A stretch of DNA of 64,000 nucleotides from Macrostomum lignano. Lineage: Eukaryota. The position numbers and the translations under genes are program-made. The notes under the pieces are model-generated. The model made no database searches and was not told the DNA's origin. It was given only the letters and a program-made list of their open reading frames with translations. Below, one piece after another: positions 1 to 11,900 of this stretch (positions are counted from its first letter, which is position 1; every line of letters begins with the position of its first letter). The DNA lies in assembly GCA_002269645.1 (NCBI GenBank), contig NIVC01002493.1, forward strand, positions 62,001 through 126,000, read 5' to 3'.

Positions 1-345
1 TTAGCTAATGGGGAATTTCTTAGCTAATGGGGAATTTCTTGCTTAGCTAATAGGGAACTTCTTGCTTAGCTAATGGGGAATTTCTTGCTTAGCATCTCTT
101 GATAGGCTAATAGAAAATTATCGATTGTTCAGAAAGTTTATCTTTCGGTTATTGGGGAATTTTTCTTTCGGTTATTAGTGAATTTTTATTGATTGAGAGG
201 GGAATTTCTCTCTTGGTTATTCGGGAATTTTTAAATGGTTGAGAGTGGAATTTTTCTCTCAGTTATTGGGGAATTTTTCGTTTAGTTGAGGGGTATTTCT
301 CTCGGCTAATAGGGAATTTTTTAATTGGTTCAGAGGGGAATTTCT
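1..345. repeat. ~23-bp minisatellite (GCTTAGCTAATGGGGAATTTCTT) decaying into GGGAATTT-containing degenerate units; truncated by the window edge
   Basis: Four near-perfect units at 1-95, then degenerate units to ~345. A similar monomer occurs at ~24564-24592. Confidence 0.8.
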
Positions 346-380
346 CGCCTCTTCACCCTAATTATCAGAAGCCGTGAACT

Positions 381-427
381 GTGAGTTCTTTCTATAAAGA
401 CGCCGTCCACTTGATTGACTTTTCCAG
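381..427 (+). other. Putative 47-nt 5'UTR intron of the LRR gene
   Basis: GTGAGT donor at 381 and TTTTCCAG acceptor ending at 427, 50 nt upstream of the ATG at 478. Confidence 0.45.
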
Positions 428-477
428 TCAAAGGCACCGCACAGAGAGCGCTTGCTAAACTAATTGTTGCTGTTGTC

Positions 478-2339
478 ATGACAACGCAAGGTGGCGGCGC
501 TTCTACTGCTAGGCGATCGCCTCGAGCCCGACTTCGCTCGGCGACGTCGTCCAGGCCGGCCAGCGGCGACAGCGGCGTCGTCAGCGGCAGCGGCGGCAGC
601 CTCAGCCATCGCCATCAGCAGCAGCCGCCGCCGCCTCAGTCCGATCTGGAACTCCTGGCAGACTCTGAGCGGCAGATCTGCCGCCTGCTGACCAATCAGA
701 ACCCGGCTAGCCGGTCCAGCTTGAACCTCAGCTACCGCCGCCTCACCATCCTGCCGCCCAGTCTGGCTAGGCTGGGTCAGGACCTGCGCCGGCTCTACCT
801 GAATAACAACCGGCTGGTGGCACCGCCAAGCGAGATTGGCGACCTCCTGCCGGAGCTGCAGGTCTGTTGGGCTTGCGTGTCTTAATGTTTGTCTGTCTTA
901 ATGTCTGCCTGTCTGCGTGTCTTAATGTCTGTCTGTCTTAATGTCTGCCTGTCTGCGTGTCTTAATGTCTGTCTGTCTTTATGTCTGCCTGTCTGCGTGT
1001 CTTAATGTCTGTCTGTCTTAATGTCTGCCTGTCTGCGTGTCTTAATGTCTGTCTGTCTTAATGTCTGCGTGTCTTTATGTCTGTCTGTCTTAATGTCTGT
1101 CTGTCTGCCTGCCTGCGTGGCTTAATGTATGTCTGTCCTAATGTCTGTCTGTCTTAATGTTTGCCTGTCTGCGTGTCTTAATGTGTGTCTGTCTGCGTGT
1201 CTTAATGTCTGTCTGTCTTAATTTCTGCCGGTCTGCCTGACTTAATGTCTGTCTGCTTGTCGTAATTTCTGTGTCTGCCTGTCTTTATGGCTGCCTGTTG
1301 TCTGTCTGTCTTCGCGTCTTAGTGTCCGCTTTTCTACGTGCCCTAATGTTTGTGTAATTGTCTTGTCTAACTCGGCCAATCAGTCTATTTCGGTGTTATT
1401 GTCAGTCCATCTGTCCCTCCTTTTTTCTTTTATCTCCTCTGTATCAATAAAATTGTCTTTTTAAAACTATCGGAGCAGATTTTTCCTGCATGTCCGTGTA
1501 GCCTACTGTAAGTAGAAACATCAGAAATAGGAAATTTTTCACAAGTTGCTGAATTAATCGTAAAAATAGTATTAATTAGAAGGTATTATTTGAATCGATG
1601 TTTTATAACTACAAGCGTGTATAATTAATTCTCTTATCAGTAGTTTTCGTGTTTAAACAAAAAGGCAGGATGGCGCTAGCGGTACGTGGGAGGGTTGCCC
1701 TATGGGGTGCAACTAAAGGATTCTGTTTCAGTTTATTCAATTCGAAGTAACCGCTTGGCTTTGCCTGCCCCGCTGCTCACCCACTTTTTAACTACTATAA
1801 ATATAGCAATTGCATTTCCAGCCTGGCAATTGCGAGATTTGTCTATTTTACTCGCATAAATTTAACGCCGCGGCTAGTTAGTCTACTGAAAGTAGAAATA
1901 TAAAACTTTAATGCGTATTTTTAATATATGCGCAACTAAAAATGCAGAGGTAAAAATATAAAAGTGGATTAAATTATTTTAAAAGCCTACTTTTTACAGT
2001 TTATTTTTAAAATATATAAATGACCTTCAGACTAATGCAAAGCAATCAGCATATAATTTCTATGCAGGAGCGCAAATTCCAAAAATGTTCACCTGTATTT
2101 CTTTGTGTTTTAGTTTCTGTTTGCCTCTCTGTTTTGCTGTCTTCGCGTGTACCTGTGTGTCTATCTGCTTGTCTGCGTGTCTTAATATCTGTCTGTCTGC
2201 GTGTCTTGATGGCTCTCTGTCTGTCTCTGTCTATCTTATGTCTAAATTTAGTGTCCCAGTGTCTGTCTGTCTGTCTGCCTGTCTGTCTGTCTGTCTGCCT
2301 GTCTGCCTGCCTGCCTGTCTGTCTGTCTGCCTGCCTGCC

Positions 2340-2382
<43 letters not shown>

Positions 2383-3970
2383 TCGTCTGTCTGTCTGTCT
2401 GTCTGCCTGTCTGTCTGTCTGCCTGCCTGTCTGTCTGCCTGTCTGTCTGTCTGTCCGTCTGTCTGTCTGTCTGTCTGTCTGTCTGCTCTACTGTCTCAGT
2501 GTCAGTCAGCTAGCACAGGCATCAATCCCCTATCCGCAGGAGCTCACCCTGGACCACAACTGTCTCAGCCTGTTGCCAAGCAGTCTGGGCCAGCTGGAGC
2601 AGCTCCGCATCCTCAGCGCCAGCTACAATCCCCTGTGCGCCGTGCCGGACACCCTGTGCAACCTGGCCGGCCTGACCTACCTGTGGCTGCACGCATGCCA
2701 GCTGTCAGGACTGCCCGACCAGCTATTCGCTGGGATGCCAAATTTGAAACAGCTCGGCCTGAACTACAACAGACTGAACAGCCTGCCGGAGTCAATTGGC
2801 CGCTGCACGTGTCTGGAGTGGCTCAGCGCCGAGGAGAACCAGCTGGCTGAGCTGCCAGACAGTCTGGCCAATTGTCAGCGCTTGAATTTAGTCAATCTGA
2901 CCGCTAATCGGTTTGTAGAGGTGCCGCCGCCTCTGCTGCCTCTGCTAGCCGGCTGTCTGCGTCATCTGCTGCTGCGTGCGAATCCTCTGAGTCCAGATTG
3001 TTTAAGCGACGAATTGCTGATGCAGATTATGGCCCCCGGAGCAGATGGAGCTGCGGCTGGAGACGCTGAGGAACCATTGAGTAGTCGGGCACCAAGGATT
3101 GACTTGAGAGGCGCCACTGAGCTGATGGCTTTGCCAGCGCATTGGAAGGTAGGTCATTAAGATTCACTCTCGTAGTGATAACTGGGCTCTTGTCACTCCG
3201 AGTGAATTGTGTCTTGTCACTCTCCGAGTGAATTGGGTCTTGTCACTCTCCGAGTGAATTGGCTCTTGTCACTCTCCGAGTAAATTGGGTCTTGTCACTC
3301 TCCGAGTGAATTGGGTCTTGTCACTCTCCGAGTGAATTGGCTCTTGTCACTCTCCGAGTAAATTGGCTCTTGTCACTCCGAGTGAATTGGCTCTTGTCAC
3401 TCTCCGAGTAATTGCCTCTTGTCACTCTCCGAGTGAATTGGGTCTTGTCACTCCGAGGGAATTCGGTCTTGTCACTCTCTGAATGAACTGTCTTGTCACT
3501 CTCCTAGAGGGAATTGGTTCTTGTCGATCTCTCTGAGTGACTTGAGTCTTGTCACTCTCTGATTGAATCGAGTCTTCGAGTGAGCGGGTCTTGTTATACT
3601 ATGTAAATAGGGTCTAGTCACTCTGAGTAAAACTGGTTCTCGTCACTCCAAGGACTAGATCTAGTCACTCTAAGTGAAACTGGTTCTTGTTACTCTAAGA
3701 AGGACTGGATCTATTCACTCTAAGTGAAACTTGTTCTTGTCACTCTAAGAAGGATTTAGTCACTCTAAGTGAAACTGGTTGTTGTCACTCTAAGAAGGAC
3801 TGGATCTCGTCACTCTCCGAGTGAATCGGTCTGTGACTCTGACCACTGGGTTATATTAATTTTGTAATGATAACTCAGTCTTAAAAATCATTGCGCTTTC
3901 ATTTCAGGGCATCAGCAACATTCTTGTTGGGCCAGAGGATTCAGACGAGACAGCCAATGAAGCTGATTAA
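478..3970 (+). CDS. Leucine-rich repeat protein, ~351 aa; exons 478-861, 2540-3148, 3908-3970
   Basis: LxxLxLxxNxLxxLP repeats (LRRLYLNNNRLVAPP, LEQLRILSASYNPLCAVP, LKQLGLNYNRLNSLP, LEWLSAEENQLAELP). Phase-0 GT/AG junctions at 862/2539 and 3149/3907 give a continuous frame ending in TAA at 3970. Confidence 0.85.
880..1330. repeat. TGTC-derived ~40-bp minisatellite in LRR intron 1
   Basis: Unit ATGTCTGCCTGTCTGCGTGTCTTAATGTCTGTCTGTCTTA, starting ~20 nt after the donor. Confidence 0.9.
2255..2490. repeat. (TGTC/TGCC)n tetranucleotide microsatellite in LRR intron 1
   Basis: Directly visible. It explains the artefactual CLSV-repeat ORFs 2020-2850 and 2085-2513. Confidence 0.95.
3165..3830. repeat. 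~26-bp minisatellite in LRR intron 2
   Basis: Unit GTCACTCTCCGAGTGAATTGGGTCTT with internal hairpin TCACTC-TCC-GAGTGA; more degenerate toward the 3' end. Confidence 0.9.
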
Positions 3971-4616
3971 ACGCTTGAGTCTTCAGCTCACACAGCCAAG
4001 CATTCCGCTCAGAATAGAACACTTGTTCTTTTGTTTTGATTTTTCTTCCTTTTTCGAAGTTTTTTGTTTGTGCCTGTCGCCTGCTTTCTGCTTTTTTCTT
4101 GTTCGTTTTGAAAAAAATTCCTACAACTCGCTTGTTCGTCTACTGTTAGTAGGCTACTTGAATGTGTTTTTTTCATTCGTGCTTTGCCGCTCTAAACTGT
4201 GATAGTAGTAGTATATATGAGGCTTAACTGGTAAAATAAGTAGAGCCACTCGAATTTTAATTCGATATCCAATTTTAAGTAGCCATTGTGCCTTTTGCAG
4301 CATAATTTTTTTTTAATACACAATCTGCTTTTTAAAGAAATATAAAAAAATTACTTGCGTTACAAATATTGAGAATTAACTTTGTTTGCTTTTATATCTT
4401 TCTAAACAAGCAGAGCTTCAATGCAAGAAAATAATACCGTTTGTCTTTTCTGTGTATTTTTGTTGCGTCATGTTTATTCAGCTAGCGAGTGCTAAGACGA
4501 GTGGTTGATAAGCGAAATCACCTGCTTCAGTTTTAAAAGATAAAAGAACAAAATAAAAGAACACTCAGCCAATATGTTAAAGTTTCCAACCCTGAAACTA
4601 GTGGGTAAAGTTCATC

Positions 4617-5617
4617 TAGGCGTCGCCATGGGTGTTATGGTGGGGGACAAAGCTAAAAATTCTACATGTACATTTTAAAAAAATCAGTATTGTCAGCACA
4701 CATTTGGCGCCGCAGGCACTCATTTTAGCGTCGCAGGCAATCATTTTAGCGCCATAGGCACTCGTTTTGTGCCTCAGGCACTCATTTTAGCGCCGAAAGC
4801 ACTCATTTTGGCGCCGCAGACACTCATTTTGGGGGCCGCAGGCACTCATTTTGGCGCCTCAGGCACTCATTTTGGCGCCTCAGGCACTCATTTTGGCGCC
4901 TCAGACACTCATTTTGGCGCCTCAGACACTCATTTTGGCGCCTCATGCACTCCTTTAAGCGCCTCATGCACTCCTTTTAGCGCCGCAGACACTCATTTTA
5001 GCGCCGCAGGCACTCATTTTGGCGCCTCATGCACTCCTTTAAGCGCCTCATGCACTCCTTTGAGCGCCGCAGGCACTTTTTGGTTCTGCAGGCACTCATT
5101 TTGGTGTCTCAGGCAACTTATTTTGGTTCTGCAGGCACTCATTTTAGCGCCACAGGCACTCATTTCAGCGCCACAGGCACTCATTTTAGCGCCGCAGGCA
5201 CTCATTTCAGCGCCGCAGGCACTCATTTCAGCGCCGCAGGCACTCATTTCAGCGCCGCAGGCACTCATTTCAGCGCCGCAGGCACTCATTTCAGCGCCGC
5301 AGGCACTCATTTCAGCGCCGCAGGCACTCATTTCAGCGCCGCAGGCACTCATTTCAGCGCCGCAGGCACTCACTTCAGCGCCGCAGGCACTCACTTCAGC
5401 GCCGCAGGCACTCATTTTAGCGCCGCAGGCACTCACTTCAGCGCCGCAGGCACTCATTTTAGCGCCGCAGGCACTCATTTTAGCGCCGCAGGCACTCATT
5501 TTAGCGCCGCAGGCACTCATTTTGGCGCCGCAGGCACTCATTTTAGCGTCGCAGGCACTCATTTTAGCGCCGCAGGCACTCATTTTAGCGCCGCAGGCAC
5601 TCATTTTAGCGCCGCAG
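4617..5617 (+). mobile_element. MITE-like element (family A) carrying a 21-bp minisatellite; right end not found
   Basis: Left end GGCGTCGCCATGG...ATGGT.GGG.GAC.AAGC...ACATGTAC is homologous to 17595-17660. About 43 units of GGCACTCATTT(T/C)(G/A)GCGCCGCA at 4705-5617. Confidence 0.7.
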
Positions 5618-5928
5618 GCAGAAAGTCAAAGGACTTCGTATGAGTGCGAAACAAATAGTAGGCTTCCTTTAAGTTCCACGTATAGCAAAAAAATCAATCC
5701 TACTATGGGTTGAATAGATCTGTGCATTTAAATTGCATTCTACAGTGTATCAGGCTTAGCGGATGCATTAAATCTGTAATCAAGTTGCTTTTTTGGGGAG
5801 GTGAGGTTTCGACTTCGTACTAATGGCTATGTCCACTAATACTGGTAACTAGCGATGTAGGCTCCTACTGTCTTGTCCAGAATTGTTGCTTGTACCTGTA
5901 GACAGTTTGTACAGGTGTACCTAAGAAT

Positions 5929-8900
5929 TTACAGGTGCAAATTGGTCAGACTAACTGACGTCGCCACAGCTCCATAGTTGGTGTCTTCATCATTTTCCTG
6001 GTCTTCATTTTGATCTTCTTGTTGTCGCTGTTTCTGCCCGTTGCTAGTTAACAGTCCGGCTCGTTTTGACATCTCCTCCACAGTGTAGTTGCTTGTGAGA
6101 GCGTTGTACAACTCGTCCAAGTCTGCGTCGCTTAGGGACCCGTCAGTGGAGTCCTTGCGCTCCGAGTTGCTTGCGGCCGCCGCCACAGCAACTGACTGCT
6201 GCTGCTTTTTCTTAGTTGTCGACGTGGTGGATTCTCTGCTAGCTCGTCGACTGTGGGAACCCGATGCTTTTGTTGTTGGCACGGCTACCCCCCTGACTGG
6301 TCGGGACCGGCTAGCCGTGCTGGATTCGGCGCCGCTGCCTCCGCTGCCCACGCTGCTGATGCTGCCACGAACTGTTGTTCGACTATTGGTCAGCAGAGTT
6401 GTCATTGTTGAGCTTCTGGATCGGCTGGCGCCCAGAGCTGCCGACGAGGCGTCCTTCGGTGTCAGCGACTTTCTTGGCTGAGGCGGCGGCGGCGGCTCCA
6501 GCTGGATGCTCGGCGATGGAGACTTCCGGCTGTTGGAGGGCGTGCGCGCGCCCGGCCGGCTGCTGTTCCAGGGTGGGTGCAGCGGCATCTGATGCTGAGC
6601 CGGCGGTCGGTATGGCGAAGTTCGACTGCTCGGATAGGCCGGCCGGGTGTCCACCCGGAGCGACTTCGGTCGGCGTTTGACCAGCTTCTCAGCGGCCGTG
6701 CTGAACAGGGCGACCTCGGGCGTGGTGCAGCCTTGGGAACGGGCCCACTGCTCCGCGTTGCGGCCGTACCTTTGTTTATGGATTGCGGGTTGGTCAATAT
6801 GGTCATTTGAGATGTTGGAACTATCGGCAAACCAAGTTTGAGGTGTTGGAACTATCGACATACCAAGTTTGAGATGTTGGAACTATCGGCAAACCAAGTT
6901 TGAGATGTTGGAACTATCGGCAAACCAAGTTTGAGGTGTTGGAACTATCGACATACCAAGTTTGAGATGTTGGAACTATCGGCAAACCAAGTTTGAGATG
7001 TTGGAACTATCGGCAAACCAAGTTTGAGATGTTGGAACTATCGGCAAACCAAGTCTGAGATGTTGGAACTATCGGCAACCCAAGTTTGAGATGTTGGAAC
7101 TATCGGCAACCCAAGTTTGAGATTTTGGAACTATCGGAAACCCAAGTTTGAGATGTTGGAACTATCGGGAACCGAATTTTGAGATGTTGGAACTATCGGC
7201 AACCCAAGTTTGAGATGTTGGAACTATCGGCAACACAATTTTGAGTTGTTGGAACTATCGACAACACAAGTTTGAGATGTTGGAACTATCGGGAACCGAA
7301 TTTTGAGATGCGGAGAGATATAATGTGTAGTTATAAAGCCCAGGAGTTAAAGGCTGAGATCGATAATGGTTCAATAGAGGCACTAATCCCACTGCTCAAA
7401 GAGGTTGCTAGCCCTTGCATTTCACAATCGTAAATGTTATAAGTTTTTTGGCCCTTTACATAGATATGGTTGGAAAATAGGGTTCATGCAAAGAACGCTG
7501 TTTGCATTTAGCTAACTTACCGTTCGTCAGTCTTAGTGACGGAAGCGTGACCTTCAATGGCCAGCAGAGAAGCGCTCTCTGTAAAGCCCTGCCTAGCAGC
7601 TATCAGCATCGCGGTGAATCCGTCTTTGTTGCACCTGTCGATGTCTAAACCGAGTCGTCGGAAGCATTTAATCAAGATGCCGATGCCTGTATCGTTTCCA
7701 ACTCGAGCGCAGTGCATCAGAGGTGTGTTTCCTGCAGATTGATTTTATGTATGTATAATTAGCGCGATCTTAGTCTTGTCTATGAGCTAAACAGAGTGCA
7801 CGATCTGCTTTGGTGATTTGTGTTGTCTGTGGGTTAAAGAGAGTGCACAGTCTGCTTGGTGATGTCTGATGTCTATGGGGTAAAGAGAGTGCACAGTCTG
7901 CTTGGTGATGTCTGATGTCTATGGGGTAAAGAGAGTGCACAGTCTGCTTGGTGATGTCTGATGTCTATGGGGTAAAGAGAGTGCACAGTCTGCTTGGTGA
8001 TGTCTGATGTCTATGGGGTAAAGAGAGTGCACAGTCTGCTTGGTGATGTCTGATGTCTATGGGGTAAAGAGAGTGCACAGTCTGCTTGGTGATGTCTGAT
8101 GTCTATGGGGTAAAGAGAGTGCACGATCTTTTGCTAACAAGCGTATGATCACTCCCCAGCACTAACCCTCTTTGTCCGGCATCTCAGGATCGACATTGTG
8201 CTTAATTAGAAGCCTAACAACGTCGTTGTGACGCAGTTCGCAAGCGTAGCTGAGCGCAGTTCGACCGGCATCGTCTTGATAGTTGGGATTGGCACCGTGA
8301 GTCAGGAGCATCTGCATGATTCTTTGACGGCACTTCTCCTCCTGGAGTGGAGATTTGGGATGGCAATATTGGATAGAGGGCGCCAAGTTAAATTTCGCGC
8401 ACGGATATTGGCCTAAGAGCTTATGATGGTAAAAGATTTACCCCCGTGAGGACAATGCAGCCGCCCCACTCCAAGCTCCAAATTTTGCCGATTATGAAAG
8501 TAAATCGCCATCATCGATGTGTATCTCTCCATTATTGATTAGTCTCTCCCCATTATCGATTTTCTCTGCATTATCGATTTTTCTCTTCATTATATTATTG
8601 ATTTTTCTCTCCATTATTGATTTTTCTTTCCATTATTGATTTTTCTCTGCATTATCGATTTTTCTCTGCATTATCGATTTTCTCTCTATTATCGATTTTT
8701 CTCTCCATTATTGATTTTTCTCTCCATTATTGATTTTTCTCTGCATTATCGATTTTTCTCTACATTATCGATTTTCTCTATATTATCGATTTTTCTCTCC
8801 ATTATCGATTTTTTTTCCATTATCGATTTTTCTTTCCATTATCGATTTTTATCTGTATTATTATGCGTGTGTGCCTGCTCAGTGATCAGCGTGTCAGCCG

Positions 8901-11900
8901 TTCGCCCTGCTGAGCGGCAGGGCCCACAGCCCCACCCCCCCCCCCATATTCAAAACATTTCCCAGATTCCTGTAATTGGAAAGTTAATCCAGCATCCGAT
9001 GTCCTTTGATTTTATGCGCTCCGGCCTCGTTATGATTTATATTTAGACCGAATATTTTCGGAGTGCATTCGGCGACAGAGGTATGCGGGCTCTAATTAAC
9101 GTATTTTCGCAACTGCGACTTTGCCTAAGGAACTGATGTTTTTGAGTTGGAAAAAATTCTATACATGTGAATTCTATAACAGATTTTGTTTATCTCAGAA
9201 CAGAGGGTTCGTTGCGCCTTTGATGATTTGAGGGCTAATGGCGCCGCCTGAGTATCCAGTTAGTTCATCTGATGTATTCGGTTGGCTGACTTGTAAAATT
9301 GAATGTTATTACAAGGCGTAGTCTTGTAGATATAGGAATCCTTAGCCGTTAGATATGAGCACTCTTATCTGTTAGATATGAGCACTCTTATCTGTTAGAT
9401 ATGAGCACTTTTATCTGTTAGATATGAGCACTCTTATCTGTTAGATATGAGCACTCTTATCTGTTAGATATGAGCACTCTTATCTGTTAGATATGAGCAC
9501 TCTTATCTGTTAGATATGAGCACTCTCTTATCTGGTACATTCTATGAGATTCTATGACAGGTTCACTTTCGAAGCTATCTAAGCCTGCATTGCATTTTTT
9601 GCATCAATATTTCCATCCTAACCATATAGGTTAAAATATCGACTTTCGACTCTTCGACACAATAATTAGTCTTATTACCCGAACTATACAAGCACATTAT
9701 TCAGCTAAATGAGCGTCTCTACAATCCGAGATGTCAGCTCAAAATCCTCATTTTAAACCTAGCGCAGCGCAAAGGTAGTAAGGAATAAGGTTTTTCGGGG
9801 ATTAAATAGAGCCGGGCAGTCGTAAGAAAGGACAACCCATCATCATATTACTGATGGAATTGGAGTGCCTCCACTGCTCGACTTCTTTCCGCCTTGACGA
9901 ATCCTTCGTTTTAGCCTCTCCTTGCTGCACTTTAAAGAGTCTTTTTCGGCCTCCTATGCAAAAAAGTGGTTAGCTGTCTGTGTAGACTCTGTCAGCCTCC
10001 TCCGATTTTGTTAGACTCCCCCCCCCCGATTTCACCAGACTCTCCCCCAATTTCATCAAACTCTCCCCGATTTCATCAGACTCTCCCCGATTTCATCAGA
10101 CTCTCCCCAATTTCATCAGACTCCCCCCGATTTCATCAGACTTTCCCCGATTTCACCAGACTCTTTCCAATTTCATCAGACTCTTTCCAATTTCATCAGA
10201 CTCTCCCCGATTTCATCAGACTCTCCCCGATTTCATCAGACTCTCCCCAATTTCATCAGACTCTCTCCGATTTCATCAGACTCTCCCCGATTTCATCAGA
10301 CTCTCCCCGATTTCATCAGACTCTCCCCGATTTCATCAGACTCTCCCCGATTTCATCAGACTCTCCCCGATTTCATCAGACTCTCCCCGATTTCATCAGA
10401 CTCTCCCCGATTTCATCAGACTCTCCCCGATTTCATCAGACTCTCCCCGATTTCATCAGACTCTCCCCGATTTCATCAGACTCTCCCCGATTTCATCAGA
10501 CTCTCCCCGATTTCATCAGACTCTCCCCGATTTCATCAGACTCTCGATTTCATCAGACTCTCCCCGATTTCATCAGACTCTCCCCGATTTCATCAGACTC
10601 TCCCCGATTTCATCAGACTCTCCCCGATTTCATCAGACTCCCCCCGATTTCATCAGACTCTCCCCGATTTCATCAGACTCTCCCCGATTTCATCAGACTC
10701 TCCCCGATTTCATCAGACTCCCCCCGATTTCATCAGACTCTCCCCGATTTCATCAGACTCTTTCCAATTTCATCGGACTCTTTCCAATTTCATCAGACTC
10801 TTTCCAATTTCATCGGACTCTTTCCAATTTCATCGGACTCTTTCCAATTTCATCAGACTCTCCCCGATTTCATCAGACTCTCCCCGATTTCATCAGACTC
10901 TCCCCGATTTCATCAGACTCTCCCCGATTTCATCAGACTCTCCCCGATTTCATCAGACTCTCCCCGATTTCATCAGACTCCCCCGATTTCATCAGACTCT
11001 CCCCGATTTCATCAGACTCTTTCCAATTTCATCGGACTCTTTCCAATTTCATCAGACTCTTTCCAATTTCATCAGACTCTTTCCAATTTCATCGGACTCT
11101 TTCCAATTTCATCAGACTCTCCCCGATTTCATCAGACTCTCCCCGATTTCACCAGACTCTCCCCCAATTTCATCAGACTCTCCCCGATTTCATCAGACTC
11201 TCCCCCGATTTCATCAGACTCTCCCCGATTTCATCAGACTCTCCCCGATTTCATCAGACTCTCCCCCGATTTCATCAGACTCTCCCCCCGATTTCATCAG
11301 ACTCTCCCCGATTTCATCAGACTCTCCCCGATTTCATCAGACTCTCCCCCGATTTCATCAGACTCTCCCCGATTTCATCAGACTCTCCCCGATTTCATCA
11401 GACTCTCCCCGATTTCATCAGACTCTCCCCGATTTCATCAGACTCTCCCCGATTTCATCAGACTCTCCCCGATTTCATCAGACTCCCCCGATTTCATCAG
11501 ACTCTCCCCGATTTCATCAGACTCTTTCCAATTTCATCGGACTCTTTCCAATTTCATCAGACTCTTTCCAATTTCATCAGACTCTTTCCAATTTCATCGG
11601 ACTCTTTCCAATTTCATCAGACTCTCCCCGATTTCATCAGACTCTCCCCGATTTCATCAGACTCCCCCCGATTTCATCAGACTCTCCCCGATTTCATCAG
11701 ACTCTCCCCGATTTCATCAGACTCTCCCCGATTTCATCAGACTCTCCCCGATTTCATCAGACTCTCCCCGATTTCATCAGACTCCCCCCGATTTCATCAG
11801 ACTCTCCCCGATTTCATCAGACTCTTTCCAATTTCATCAGACTCTTTCCGATTTCATCAGACTCTCCCCGATTTCATCAGACTCTCCCCGATTTCATCAG

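Noticed and set aside
2020-2850. 276-aa and 142-aa CLSV-rich ORFs
   Set aside because: Intronic TGTC microsatellite; the true exon starts at 2540 in another frame.
4769-5713. APQALIS / AAGTHFS / MSACGAE repeat ORFs, also at 17701-18076 and 43440-44127
   Set aside because: These are frames of the 21-bp minisatellite, open on both strands, with no unique coding sequence.
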